A stretch of DNA of 48,764 nt, taken from contig JBFLZG010000156.1 in the NCBI GenBank assembly GCA_040756235.1, forward strand, positions 1 through 48,764, in the 5' to 3' direction. The translations under genes were made by a program, and so were the position numbers. Within the stretch, counting starts at the first letter, position 1, and each line of letters opens with the position of its first letter. Positions 18,357 to 27,996 of the stretch are shown one piece after another. Below the pieces are notes generated by a model. That model saw only the letters and a program-made list of their open reading frames with translations. It did not search any database and was not told the DNA's origin. The DNA is from a bacterium (GTDB lineage Bacteria; Desulfobacterota; DSWW01).

Positions 18357-19181
18357 TCAGGCAGCCTTTTTCTTTCCAGTCCCGGCCAGCAGCAGCTCGC
18401 TCGTCCTGGCCAGGATGTCCCCTGCGAGCGGCACGACCTGAGCGTAGAAACCGAGGTCGTTCAGAAAGCTCACCTTCTCAACTTTCGCATCCTTGCGGAC
18501 CGCCCTGCAGATGATCCGGGCGGCCTTCTGCGGGGACATCGAGTAATAGGGGATCAGACGCATGGCCATCCGGCTGCCCCAGGTGCGCCCGTGGATGTCC
18601 CTGTAAAAGCGGGTGTTGACCAGGAAAGGATAGACGGTCGTCACCCGGATGTCGTACCTCCTGAGCTCGAAGTGGAGGATCTCCGAGAAAGCGCCCAGGG
18701 CCGTCTTCACGCTCGCATACGCGCCCCAGGTAGGCAGCCGGAAGAAGGCCTGGCCGGAGGAGACGTTCACGATGTGCCCGGAGCGCTTCTCTTTGAAGTG
18801 AGGGAGGAACGCATAGATGTGGTAAAGAGGGCCCAGGAGGTTCACCTCGAGGAGCTTCTTCCAGGTCTCCAGGCTGGTCTCCTCGAGCTCGCCCTGATAT
18901 CCCACGCCGGCGTTGTTGATGAGGATGTCCAGCCCGCCCAGCTCCCCGACGACCCACGCCGCCGTCGCTTCCACCTCGAGCCGGTCCGCCACGTCCACCT
19001 GTCGGACGTGCACCGGAATCCCACGGCCGCCGAGCCGCCGCTTTGCTTCCAGCAGGCCCTCGGCGTTGAGGTCGGTCAGGATCAGCTCGCTTCCGCACCG
19101 GGCGAACTCCTCTGCGGTCGAGAGGCCGATCCCGCTGGCGGCACCCGTGATGAGGACTCTTCTGCCTCTGGCGTCTTTCAT
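18357..19181 (-). CDS. Short-chain dehydrogenase/reductase
   Basis: TGAASGIG, NNAG, NVSS and YASVK catalytic motif; ATG at 19181. Confidence 0.9.
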   Translation of the reverse strand: MKDARGRRVLITGAASGIGLSTAEEFARCGSELILTDLNAEGLLEAKRRLGGRGIPVHVRQVDVADRLEVEATAAWVVGELGGLDILINNAGVGYQGELEETSLETWKKLLEVNLLGPLYHIYAFLPHFKEKRSGHIVNVSSGQAFFRLPTWGAYASVKTALGAFSEILHFELRRYDIRVTTVYPFLVNTRFYRDIHGRTWGSRMAMRLIPYYSMSPQKAARIICRAVRKDAKVEKVSFLNDLGFYAQVVPLAGDILARTSELLLAGTGKKKAA

Positions 19182-19200
19182 GTCATGCCCCCTGCTGATC

Positions 19201-19875
19201 TCACTGCTTGCGAGGCTCGAGGCTTCCTCTCTCTTTTCCTGACTTCGAGCCTCCGGCGCCAATTCCCCAGAAGGCGAAGTCCACGAGCTCTCGAATGACC
19301 TCCTCGAACGGCAGGTCCTTGTACCGGCCGCCGAGCCAGGCTTCGACCGTCCGAAGGCCGATGCCGACGATCGCCTGGGCGATGACATCCGACCGGAAGG
19401 GCCGGGCGAACCCCCTGGCAATCGCGTGGTCCAGATAGGACTGGGCAAGCCGGGCAAATCGGTCGTAGATGCCTGAAACGATGCCGGCGATCTCTTCATC
19501 CACGGCGGGCGCCTCTCGAATGAGAAGAAGGCAGATGTCCCGGCTCCGTTCTGCAATGGCCGCCGCCCTGCGGATCGCGGCCAGGGAGGCATCGCGGTAC
19601 TCCCGGGCGCTCTCCGGCAGGTGCGCGCTCATTTCGGAGAACTCCGCGAACAGCTCCGCGATGAAGCCCTCCAGCAGGGCCTCGAAGATCTCCCGCTTGC
19701 CTTTGAAATGCCGGTAGAATGTGCCCTGCCCGACTCCGGCCTCGGCGACGATGTCGGAGACGAGAGGCCGATGATAACCGTTCCGGGCGAACACCCGTGC
19801 GGCCGCCTCCAGCAGCTCTTGCCGGGTCCGGTCCCTTCTCTCCCGGTTGCGCTTGACTCGCACTTCGGTCGGCAC
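19201..19875 (-). CDS. TetR/AcrR-family transcriptional regulator
   Basis: LLEAAARVFARNGY..VSDIVAEAGVGQGTFYRHF HTH. Confidence 0.9.
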   Translation of the reverse strand: MPTEVRVKRNRERRDRTRQELLEAAARVFARNGYHRPLVSDIVAEAGVGQGTFYRHFKGKREIFEALLEGFIAELFAEFSEMSAHLPESAREYRDASLAAIRRAAAIAERSRDICLLLIREAPAVDEEIAGIVSGIYDRFARLAQSYLDHAIARGFARPFRSDVIAQAIVGIGLRTVEAWLGGRYKDLPFEEVIRELVDFAFWGIGAGGSKSGKERGSLEPRKQ

Positions 19876-19938
19876 CCTCTGTCCCTTTCTGAAGAATCAG
19901 CCAGTGACGTGATCCATATTGCGGTTTCTTGTACCCTC

Positions 19939-19967
19939 TTTTTAATCCATTCGGACGGACTCGTCAA
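19939..19967 (-). promoter_or_regulatory. Candidate sigma70 promoter for tetR-SDR
   Basis: Minus strand TTGACG-17 bp-TAAAAA in an AT-rich divergent spacer. Confidence 0.4.
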
Positions 19968-20149
19968 TCCGCTTGGTGATTCGATGCTGAAAAAGTGAGA
20001 AAAGGAGCATTCGCACGATATCCAAACTCAGGTTCGATACATCATACGTAAGGTCATTCTATTGCGTTCTTGCTTCTCGCCTTCCCCGACCCTTATCGAT
20101 TCGGCTCTTCAGAACCTGCAACACGAAAGATGTACGGGAGGAGGGATCC

Positions 20150-21499
20150 ATGCAAAGGAAGGTTTGGGTCTATGGATGGGTCTTTGCATTGGCGGCTCTG
20201 GGAACGTGGGGATGCGGAGGAGGAGGAGGAGGAGGGGGCGGGGACGAGAGCGGTGACGTACAGGGGGGCGACATCCCGGGAAATCAGATGGATATCGTTG
20301 TCCTTGCCTGGAACGACCTGGGCATGCACTGCCTGAACCCGACCTACGACACCGCCGTGCTGCTGCCCCCATACAACACGGTCTGGGCCCAGGTCGTGAG
20401 ACGGGGCAACCCCCCGGAGATCGTGACTTCGGGCCTGACCGCTGAGTACCGGATCGTCGACAACACTTATTCTTACGGCAAGACCGATTCCTTCGGCGGT
20501 GACTACGCGCAGTTCTGGGACAACGTCCAGGCCCTGTTCGGCACGCCCCTGGCGCAGGACACGGGCCTGAACCTCGACGACCCGCAAGTCCACAACGGTC
20601 TCTCCGGCCAGATGCTGGCCAAGGGCGACCACTTCCAGGTGAGCGGCATTCCGGTGACGCCCGTCAAGGACTCCGGGGCTTGGACCGCTTACCAGGTGGC
20701 CGAGGTCACGGTCAAGCAGGGCACGACGGTCGTGGCCCAGACGAGGGTCACGGTTCCGACCTCGGACGAGATCAACTGCACGCGGTGCCACGGGAACAAC
20801 GCCTTCCAGGACGTTCTGGAGGCCCACGACGAGGACATGGGAACCAACCTGCTCGCCAGCACGCCCGTGCTCTGTGCCGGCTGTCACGGGAGTCCTGCGC
20901 TGGGCCAGTCCGGGCCGGGCTCGTCAGGTCTGTACCTGTCCCAGGCCATTCACGGCTTTCATGCCACCGAGGGCGCGGCCTGCCTCGACTGCCACCCGGG
21001 TGCGACGACCCAGTGCAACAGGAGCCTGGCGCATATGGGCAACCCTCAGGACGGCAACTGCGTGACTTGCCACGGCACCATGCAGCAGGTCGCCCAGAGC
21101 ATCGAGACAGGCGCTCGCATCCCCTGGGCGGACGAGCCCAACTGCGTCAGCTGCCATACCGGGGTGCCCGGCGTGGACACGGGCACGACCCTCTACCGGA
21201 ACGCGACAGGCCACGGGGACATCTACTGTGCGGCCTGCCATCACAGCCCGCACGCGATGTACCCCAGCCGGGAGGCTTCGGACAATTACCAGCCCGTGCA
21301 CTATCAGAGCTCCAACAAGACGATCGGAACCTGTGCCGTGTGTCACGACAGCTCCCACGGGGAGGGCGGGGAGCTCGAAGAGTTCGGGGAGGAGCACGCG
21401 GGGGCGAACGGACGGCCGACGGCGTGCCGGGTGTGCCACACCCAGGTCTCCACGAACACCACGGCCTGGCCGCACGCCTTCCGCTGGCGGGTGCGCTGA
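20150..21499 (+). CDS. Octaheme cytochrome c lipoprotein
   Basis: GGAGG RBS; lipobox TWGC plus Gly9 linker; AWNDLGMHC N-terminal domain; eight CxxCH motifs (CTRCH, CAGCH, CLDCH, CVTCH, CVSCH, CAACH, CAVCH, CRVCH). Confidence 0.88.
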   Translation: MQRKVWVYGWVFALAALGTWGCGGGGGGGGGDESGDVQGGDIPGNQMDIVVLAWNDLGMHCLNPTYDTAVLLPPYNTVWAQVVRRGNPPEIVTSGLTAEYRIVDNTYSYGKTDSFGGDYAQFWDNVQALFGTPLAQDTGLNLDDPQVHNGLSGQMLAKGDHFQVSGIPVTPVKDSGAWTAYQVAEVTVKQGTTVVAQTRVTVPTSDEINCTRCHGNNAFQDVLEAHDEDMGTNLLASTPVLCAGCHGSPALGQSGPGSSGLYLSQAIHGFHATEGAACLDCHPGATTQCNRSLAHMGNPQDGNCVTCHGTMQQVAQSIETGARIPWADEPNCVSCHTGVPGVDTGTTLYRNATGHGDIYCAACHHSPHAMYPSREASDNYQPVHYQSSNKTIGTCAVCHDSSHGEGGELEEFGEEHAGANGRPTACRVCHTQVSTNTTAWPHAFRWRVR

Positions 21500-21591
21500 C
21501 GCAGAGCGAGAGCGGGGCACAGCGGCGCAGCGACACTCCGGATCGCGGCTCCCGGCGAAAGCGCCTTCGTGGCGGCTCCGAGCCGGGAGCC

Positions 21592-21727
21592 GTCTGTGCC
21601 GTCTTTCGTCTATGATGCCCGGCCCATGTGCGGAGCGCGTGCGAGCCGGGATCCAGTAGTCTGCCCCAAATACAGGCTGTGGTCACTGGAAGCAGGGACT
21701 GGATTCCGGCTTCCGCCGGAATGACGG
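21592..21727 (+). repeat. Partial, degenerate copy of the 29377-29557 MITE
   Basis: GCGGAGCGCGTG..AGCCGGGATCCAG...CAGGGACTGGATTCCGGCTTCCGCCGGAATGACGG shared with 26146-26318 and the reverse complement of 29377-29557. Confidence 0.7.
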
Positions 21728-21779
21728 GCAAGAAGGCTCGTAGACGGCCGCTCCGAGCCGTAACAGCGCTTGGCCGCGT

Positions 21780-22101
21780 AGAGAGAGAGAAGCCCCCGAA
21801 CGAGATCTCGGAGATGTTGTAGAGCAGGTCCTCGCGGATGAGGCGCACGATCCGGTGGGCCACGGCGGTCGCGACCTCCGCATATTCGGCCTCGCCGGTC
21901 TCGCGCGCCAGGTTGAACAGGAGCCAGGACCCGTACCCCGGCATGCCCCCGTTGTCGTACATGAGGTCGCCTTCCTTCCAGGGGACCTAGCACGGTTTTC
22001 AGGATCGCATCGAACTCCTCGCCGACCATCCTTCATCTTCCCGGACGATGCCGTCTTCGAACACCGAAAAGAGCCTTCTCTCGCCTCCCGGACATCTCCA
22101 T
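21780..22101 (-). pseudogene. Frameshifted remnant of an unknown helical protein
   Basis: Protein-like segments spread over different frames (LFSVFEDGIVRED; EFDAILKTVLGPL; YDNGGMPGYGSWLLFNLARETGEAEYAEVA..NISEISFGGFSL), ending beside the repeat; GGAGG before the ATG at 22101. Confidence 0.4.
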
Positions 22102-22402
22102 GCCTCTGCCTCCTTCCGGGTTCGCGCGAGAACAACTTCCCATTTCGCATCCCGCCGCTGATAAGGCAGTTGCCCCTTCCCCTGCGAAGTCGTTCTTGCG
22201 TGAACTCTCAGGCCCACAACCGAAACCCGGAGGAGCCAAGCAACCGTATCCTGTTGCGCAGCCGCGGCCTCGGGCAAGAGATTTCATGTCAGGGCGATCG
22301 CCTGCCTAATGGAACAGAGTTGCCAAGAGGCACCGTGACGGGCGCGCCTACAGCAGAAACGCCCGGCAGGCAATCGGCGGGTCCTGGACACCACGCAGCG
22401 CC

Positions 22403-24568
22403 TTGTATAGGATTTGCACTCCTTCGGGCTGTCAACTCTCGAGGATCCTCTTGCGGCTTCTTCGCGTGCCAACCGAACGGGCTCGCTGCGGCTGCTCCGC
22501 GCCGGGCGTCAGGGCTCTCGCGGAAGCGGCATGGCCGATCTTTGCCCTCTGGTCGCTCCTGTTCCCCTTGCTGTTCGGCCTAGCCTGCGCGTCCGCTGCA
22601 GCCGACCTGGCCGCGACCGCGCCACCGGCCGGGAAGCGCGGCTGGAGCGTCACGGAGCGCGACGGTGTCTTCTGGCTGGTCGATCCGGAGGGGCAGCTCT
22701 TTTTTTCGAAAGGAGTCAACGTCGTCAACGGCGGCTCTCGGGAAAGCGCAAGGAGCCGGGTGGGTCAGGCCTACTTCTGGGGCCATTCTTTTCCTTCTCT
22801 CGAGGCTTGGCGGCGGTCCGCAGGCGAGCAGCTCCTCGGCTGGGGATTCAACACGCTCGGCGCCTGGTCCGATCCCTCCCCGGAGATCCCCCTCGCCATG
22901 ACCGTAAACCTCGAGCTGGGCCGAAGGGCCGACTTCCACTGGTTCGACCCCTTCCACCCCGCCATGGAGCAGCGGATCCGGCAATTGGCCGAAGATCTCA
23001 CGGCCCCTTACCGCCACGATCGAAGGCTCATCGGGTACTTCACGGACAACGAGATCGGCTGGTGGAGCTCGCCGCTATTCGAGTGGTTCCTGGGCAAGGG
23101 TTGGGAGAACCACACGAAGCGGGTCCTCTGGGAGCTGATGTTCCGGCATTACGCAGGCCGCTGGGACCTTCTGCTCCGGGACTGGGTCCCCGGGCCCGGG
23201 CCTGTCCTCGGCAGATTCGAGGACCTCAAGAGAGCCGAGGCCAGGCTCAAGCTCCGGCCCGGAGGGAGCGGCATCCTCCTGGTCGACCGCTTCTTGAAGA
23301 TCTGCGCCAGGCGCTACTACGAGCTCACCTCCGCCGCGATCCGGAACGCCGACCCCCGCGCCCTGGTGCTGGGAGACCGCCTCCCCCTGTACTACCATCA
23401 GGATGCGGTCCTGGCCATGGCGGACCAGGTGGACGTCATCTCGACCAACTACAACGTGGACGCTCCGGACGGCTGGGTCGCCCCTTACTACTTCGAAGGG
23501 CTTCTTCGCCTTGCCCGCAAGCCGGTGCTCGTGACCGAGTTCTTCTTCGCCGCGGAGGAGAACCGCAGCGGGAACCGCAACGAAACCGCGCGCAGCGAGC
23601 ACCCGGACCCCGGCCATCTCATGACGGTCGCCACCCAGGCCGAGCGCGCCCGAGGCACCGCCCAGGCCCTGGCGAATTTCGCCCGGTTCCCGAACGTCGT
23701 GGGCACGCACTGGTTCCAGCACAGTGACGAGCCGCGCGGGGGAAGGGAGGATGGCGAGGACTACAACATGGGGCTCGTGGACAATGCGAACCGCCCCTAC
23801 GAGGAGCTTGCCGTTGTCTTCAAAGAGCTCAACCCGCAGCTGGAGGCCCGCCACCGCAGCGCCCGCGCGATCGGCGCATCCTTCGAGGCAGGGCCATTCT
23901 TCGGAGAGGAATCCGGGCCCGGGGGCGGAGCCCGGGTCGCCCCGATCCGCATCCGCAGCCTCCCGGGGCCGATCGACCTGGCGGATCAGTCTCTGGCGGA
24001 CTGGAACAAAGAGCAGAGCCGTCTTGCGGGATTCCGGGCCCCGGCCCCTTACGTGCCTTTCGGAGACGTGCACCTTTGCTGGTCGACCGAGGGGCTCTAC
24101 CTGGCCGGTCTGGCCAACACCTACGTGAATGCCGGCTTTCTCGCCTGCGGTGCCGAGTTCCCTCCGGAGGAGTGCTTCCAGCTCCACCTGTGGATCGAGC
24201 TGGAGGGCAGGCCGCGCCACTTTGCCGTCTACCTTCAGCCCGTGCGGGACCCTCGCTCCCGCGACGGCTTCCGCATCAGGACACGGCTCTGCCGTCTGGA
24301 CGGGACACCCGCCCCGGAGCCGATGCCTGCCGAGGGGCACGTGCAGCGTATCGAGAAGACCCTCCCCCACATGGCTTTCGAGGCCTTCCTGCCGTGCGCA
24401 TGGCTCGGTGTGGATCGGCTGGGGGCCGGCGTGAAAGCCCGCATGGACGTGCTCGCCGTGAGCTTCCACCGCGAGCTGGCCATGAGCTGGCGGCGCGAGC
24501 CGCCGGAGCGCCTCCAGAGGCCGGATGAGGCCGCCCCTGTGCTCCGCCCGGTGATCCTGGAGCCCTAG
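22403..24568 (+). CDS. Secreted glycoside hydrolase (GH50/agarase-like TIM barrel) with a C-terminal carbohydrate-binding-like domain; start uncertain
   Basis: WLVDPEG..FFSKGVN, WGFNTLGAWS, IGYFTDNE, DVISTNYN, KPVLVTEF, NVVGTHWFQ..DEP and EDYNMGLVD. Confidence 0.75.
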   Translation: MYRICTPSGCQLSRILLRLLRVPTERARCGCSAPGVRALAEAAWPIFALWSLLFPLLFGLACASAAADLAATAPPAGKRGWSVTERDGVFWLVDPEGQLFFSKGVNVVNGGSRESARSRVGQAYFWGHSFPSLEAWRRSAGEQLLGWGFNTLGAWSDPSPEIPLAMTVNLELGRRADFHWFDPFHPAMEQRIRQLAEDLTAPYRHDRRLIGYFTDNEIGWWSSPLFEWFLGKGWENHTKRVLWELMFRHYAGRWDLLLRDWVPGPGPVLGRFEDLKRAEARLKLRPGGSGILLVDRFLKICARRYYELTSAAIRNADPRALVLGDRLPLYYHQDAVLAMADQVDVISTNYNVDAPDGWVAPYYFEGLLRLARKPVLVTEFFFAAEENRSGNRNETARSEHPDPGHLMTVATQAERARGTAQALANFARFPNVVGTHWFQHSDEPRGGREDGEDYNMGLVDNANRPYEELAVVFKELNPQLEARHRSARAIGASFEAGPFFGEESGPGGGARVAPIRIRSLPGPIDLADQSLADWNKEQSRLAGFRAPAPYVPFGDVHLCWSTEGLYLAGLANTYVNAGFLACGAEFPPEECFQLHLWIELEGRPRHFAVYLQPVRDPRSRDGFRIRTRLCRLDGTPAPEPMPAEGHVQRIEKTLPHMAFEAFLPCAWLGVDRLGAGVKARMDVLAVSFHRELAMSWRREPPERLQRPDEAAPVLRPVILEP

Positions 24569-24612
24569 AGGACGGCATTCAGCCGCGAAACCTGCGATTT
24601 CTGCTGCCGCGC

Positions 24613-25743
24613 TCATCTCGTGAGGCGGTTGAGCGCCCGCTCCGCCACGCTCCCCCCGAGCACGATCGCTCCCAGGACCGCAGCAGCCGCGGGGACGGCT
24701 ACTGCCATCCCGAGGTCCTTGAGCCGGTCACCGACGTACATCATGTACGGCTGGTGGATCAGGTAAATCCCGTACGAGTATGCACCGACGTAAGCCAGGA
24801 CCGACCCGAAGCGGGGTAGAGCGTTGACCCAGCGGGAGACGTGAGCGATCACCAGGAAGAGCCCTACCCCGGTCAGGCCGTCGCTCAGCGTGATGGCAAG
24901 GCCCGGCCGGTAGCAGTACACGCCGAGCGCATAGACGGCGAGCCCGGCCAGCGGAACGAATCTCGAGAAGAGGCGTGTTTCGGTTGCGGCCGGCGCACGG
25001 TGGCAGGCGCAAGCCAGAGCCATGCCTGCAGCGAATTCGAACAGGCGGGCGCCGAAGAAAGCGCCCTGCAGGTAGTCGCCGTGAGCGTGGATCACCTGAG
25101 TGAGCAGGTAGCGGCTGGCCACCGTCGCGACTCCGCACGCGGCCAGAAACCGGACAGGGCCGCACCTGTTCATGCATCCAAACAGGAGCGGGAAGACCAG
25201 ACAGAGCTCCAGGAGCAGCCCGAAGAACCACCATGCCGGATTGGCGTAGAAGAAGAGCTGGTCGACCGGAAAGACCCGGTCGCCGATAAAGCTCAGCGCG
25301 AGCCGCCAGTCCGCCGGATCCGGCCGAAGGATGAACGGGGAGACGAGGTACAGGAGATGGGCGAGCCAGTACATGGGGAAAAGGCGGACGCACCGCCTCC
25401 AGTACCATCGGGCCCAGCCCTTCTGCGGGCCTCCGGTCCTTGCGAGCGAGAGGGTCATGCCGAAGCCGCTGAGGACCAGAAAGACCCCGACCGCATGGGG
25501 GCCTCGCTGGAAGAGCGCGGCCACGAGACCCTCCGCCACGCAGCCGGCCGCGTCCTGTCCGGGGAACTGAGCGCACTGCGCGGAAAAGGAACGCATGGCG
25601 GAGAACGAGAGCGGCCAGGGATAGCGCCCGTTGTCGTAGGCGATCAGGAAGTGGAAGAAGGCGATCCAGACGATCGAGATCCCTCTGGCCGTGTCCAGCC
25701 AGCCCAATCGGCTCGATCCCGCTCGCGGCACAGGTCGGCTCAT
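24613..25743 (-). CDS. Acyltransferase family 3 (OafA-like) membrane protein
   Basis: WLDTARG, VGVFLVLSGFG, RRCVRLFPMYW, WWF..L and SYGIYLIHQP; multiple hydrophobic helices. Confidence 0.88.
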   Translation of the reverse strand: MSRPVPRAGSSRLGWLDTARGISIVWIAFFHFLIAYDNGRYPWPLSFSAMRSFSAQCAQFPGQDAAGCVAEGLVAALFQRGPHAVGVFLVLSGFGMTLSLARTGGPQKGWARWYWRRCVRLFPMYWLAHLLYLVSPFILRPDPADWRLALSFIGDRVFPVDQLFFYANPAWWFFGLLLELCLVFPLLFGCMNRCGPVRFLAACGVATVASRYLLTQVIHAHGDYLQGAFFGARLFEFAAGMALACACHRAPAATETRLFSRFVPLAGLAVYALGVYCYRPGLAITLSDGLTGVGLFLVIAHVSRWVNALPRFGSVLAYVGAYSYGIYLIHQPYMMYVGDRLKDLGMAVAVPAAAAVLGAIVLGGSVAERALNRLTR

Positions 25744-26014
25744 CCGTGCATTCCGTTACACTCTCGAGAGGTCCGAGGAACACCTGCCGTGCGGCCTGCG
25801 GGCGCTCCCGAGCGCCTGTCTCGCCACCGGGAGGCGAGAATCCTGGACCGCCTCACCGGCGACTCTAGCCGGCTGGTCTCGGATCGTCAAAGCGCCACCG
25901 ACAGGCGCCTTTCGGACTCGAGGGTTGATCATCCTTCGGCCGCGCGGCAGCCTGGACGTTGAGGCAGGCCCCCGGTCGGAACCGCCCGAACCCGAGGAGC
26001 AGGAGATTCGCGGG

Positions 26015-26146
26015 GTCGCCCGGTTCGGACCGAGTCTGGTCTTGCTGATTTCTCTCCTCACCTGCTCCGTTGCGCCGACAGGCGCCGCTCGGGAGCCCTT
26101 TCGCAAGAGCCTATCTTACAGCATCCTGCAGGACTATCCGAAGGGG
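26015..26146 (+). pseudogene. N-terminal remnant of a secreted protein, truncated by a repeat
   Basis: Signal-peptide-like SLVLLISLLTCSVAPTGA followed by FRKSLSYSILQDYPKG, abutting the MITE copy. Confidence 0.35.
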
Positions 26147-26318
26147 AGGAGCGCGTGTGAGCCGGGATCCAGAAGGGTGCACCAAGACCCGCTGTGGTAA
26201 CTGGGCGCAGGGGCTGGGCTCCGGCCTTCGCCGGAATGACGGAAAGCATGTGGCCGCACCGCTGAGTCCTTCGGAATGAGTGGTCGCACGAGGGTCTGAC
26301 CGGATTTATGACACAGCC
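26146..26318 (+). mobile_element. MITE copy (one intact terminus)
   Basis: Colinear with the reverse complement of 29377-29525; ends TTATGACACAGCC followed by a REP half-site CCTTCGCCGGGGTGACG. Confidence 0.7.
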
Positions 26319-26355
26319 TCCTTCGCCGGGGTGACGAAGAGTCTGGTGCAGGGGA

Positions 26356-26382
26356 CTGGATTCCGGGGTACACCGGAATGAC
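26356..26382. repeat. GGATTCCGG..CCGGAATGAC-family palindrome
   Basis: CTGGATTCCGGGGTACACCGGAATGAC. Confidence 0.7.
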
Positions 26383-26436
26383 GGAAGGGAGGACGGAAGG
26401 AAAGAGTTCGCGCGATCGTCGATTTTCTCCTTCCCT

Positions 26437-26675
26437 GTCAAACGCTGAATCTCTTCGCGGGCGGCCAGGGCCTCTCTGCCCTTTGGATCCAACCTGCGCA
26501 GGGCCTTCCTGAAGTATTGGACCGCCCGGAGGCGGCGGCCGGCAAATTCTTCGGCAAGCCCGGTGTGCAGATAGGCCATTCCGGTATGCCCTCTCCTTCC
26601 GTATGCCATCCCGAGATTAGGCTGTGCAAAGGAGAACTCGGGATTCAGGACCACGGCGCCGGCGTAATGGTTCAA
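26437..26675 (-). pseudogene. C-terminal TPR remnant (resembles M48 protease TPR tails)
   Basis: NLGMAYGRRGHTGMAYLHTGLAEEFAGRRLRAVQYFRKAL; no credible N-terminus, and the frame reads on into repeat DNA. Confidence 0.45.
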
Positions 26676-26809
26676 ACGTTACAGATGGGCGCACGGCTCC
26701 GCCCGGGAAGAAAGAGGAGGCTTCAAAGCCTCCTGGTTTGGTGGGCCATTTCACGCGACATGCAGATGCCCCATGCCGCCACCCGTCTTCAGGGCTCCCC
26801 ATAGAGGGA

Positions 26810-27913
26810 TCAGCCGGTGCTTCCCGTTCGGCGCGCCCGCTGAGCGCGCAGCGCCCGAGCCGCAAGGACCCCCAGCGTCGCCACCGTGAGCGGGAGCACG
26901 AAGAACGCCATCACGGCGCTGAATGCCGGCAGGGCGTCGTGCTCTGCCGCTTTCAGGAGCAGGTAGATCGTATAGCCGGCGTAGTACGCGAGGAAGAGCC
27001 ACCCCTCCCAGCGAGCGATGCGATAACTCGTGAAGAAGATGGGCAGGCAGGCCACGCTCACCGCGATCATGACCGGCAGGTCGAACCTGAGCGCCGCCGG
27101 CGCAACGATAATGCCGTCGGCCGCCACCATCCCCGAAAGCCCGAGGATCGCGAGCACGTTGAAGATGTTGCTCCCCACGACGTTGCCGACCGCGATGTCG
27201 CGCTCTCCCCGCAGGGTCGCGATCACCGACGTTGCGACCTCCGGCAGGGAAGTGCCCGCCGCAATGATGGTGAGCGCGATCACGAGCTCGCTCAGCCCCA
27301 GCGCTCTGGCGAGGGCGACTGCGCCGTCGACGAGCCAGCGGGAGCCCACGACCAGCAGGGTCAGACCGACGCCGACGAGGGTCACGTTGGCCAGCCACTG
27401 CGTGATCCGCCGGGGGGGCTTGCCGAACTCCTGCTCGTATTCGGAGCGAATCGCCTCCGTCTCTTTTCGGCTCTGCCCGACCACGAACACGCTGTAGCCG
27501 ATGATCGCGGCCAGGAGGACCATACCGTCCACCCGCCCGATGCTGCCGTCGAGGGCGAGGACGAGCAGCAGCACCGACACCCCGATCATGACGGGCAGCT
27601 CGAGTCGAACGAGGCGCTGCGCCACCACCAGCGGAGCGATCGCCGCAGCGAGACCCAGAACGAAGAGTACGTTGAAAATGTTGCTGCCCACCACGTTGCC
27701 GAGGGCGATGTCGGGGTTGCCTGCCAGGGCGGCCTGGAGATTGACCGCGAGCTCGGGGGAGCTGGTCCCGAAGGCGACGACCGTCAGCCCGACCACGAGC
27801 GGAGAGATTCCGATCCCGGAGGCGAGCCGCGATGCACCGCGCACGAGGGCCTCGGCTCCCGCGATGAGCAGCGCCAGTCCCGCCACGAACAGCACGAGAG
27901 TCACTGTGTCCAC
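26810..27913 (-). CDS. Calcium/sodium antiporter (YrbG family)
   Basis: Two alpha repeats GTSSPE/GTSLPE each followed by GNVVGSNIFN; GTG at 27913 after GGAG. Confidence 0.92.
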   Translation of the reverse strand: MDTVTLVLFVAGLALLIAGAEALVRGASRLASGIGISPLVVGLTVVAFGTSSPELAVNLQAALAGNPDIALGNVVGSNIFNVLFVLGLAAAIAPLVVAQRLVRLELPVMIGVSVLLLVLALDGSIGRVDGMVLLAAIIGYSVFVVGQSRKETEAIRSEYEQEFGKPPRRITQWLANVTLVGVGLTLLVVGSRWLVDGAVALARALGLSELVIALTIIAAGTSLPEVATSVIATLRGERDIAVGNVVGSNIFNVLAILGLSGMVAADGIIVAPAALRFDLPVMIAVSVACLPIFFTSYRIARWEGWLFLAYYAGYTIYLLLKAAEHDALPAFSAVMAFFVLPLTVATLGVLAARALRAQRARRTGSTG

Positions 27914-27996
27914 GATACTCTCTCCGTGGTGCGACATGAGGCGCGCACCCGCGGTTACCAAGTGTGCATTCTACAGGGTACGCACGCTGCGGATAC

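Noticed and set aside
20051..20065. AGGTCATTCTATTGC as a sigma54 promoter for the cytochrome
   Set aside because: GG-N10-GC spacing fits, but the -24 element is poor and no enhancer dyad was seen; too weak to call.
21547..21591. GGCTCCCGGC..GCCGGGAGCC hairpin after the cytochrome as an intrinsic terminator
   Set aside because: No U-tract on either side and a large loop; it may simply belong to the adjacent repeat mosaic.
22199..22225. AACTCTCAGGC resembling the glycine riboswitch 3' signature
   Set aside because: The required 5' GGAGAG and CCGAAG elements are missing and no glycine-related gene follows; kept only as an unclassified hairpin.
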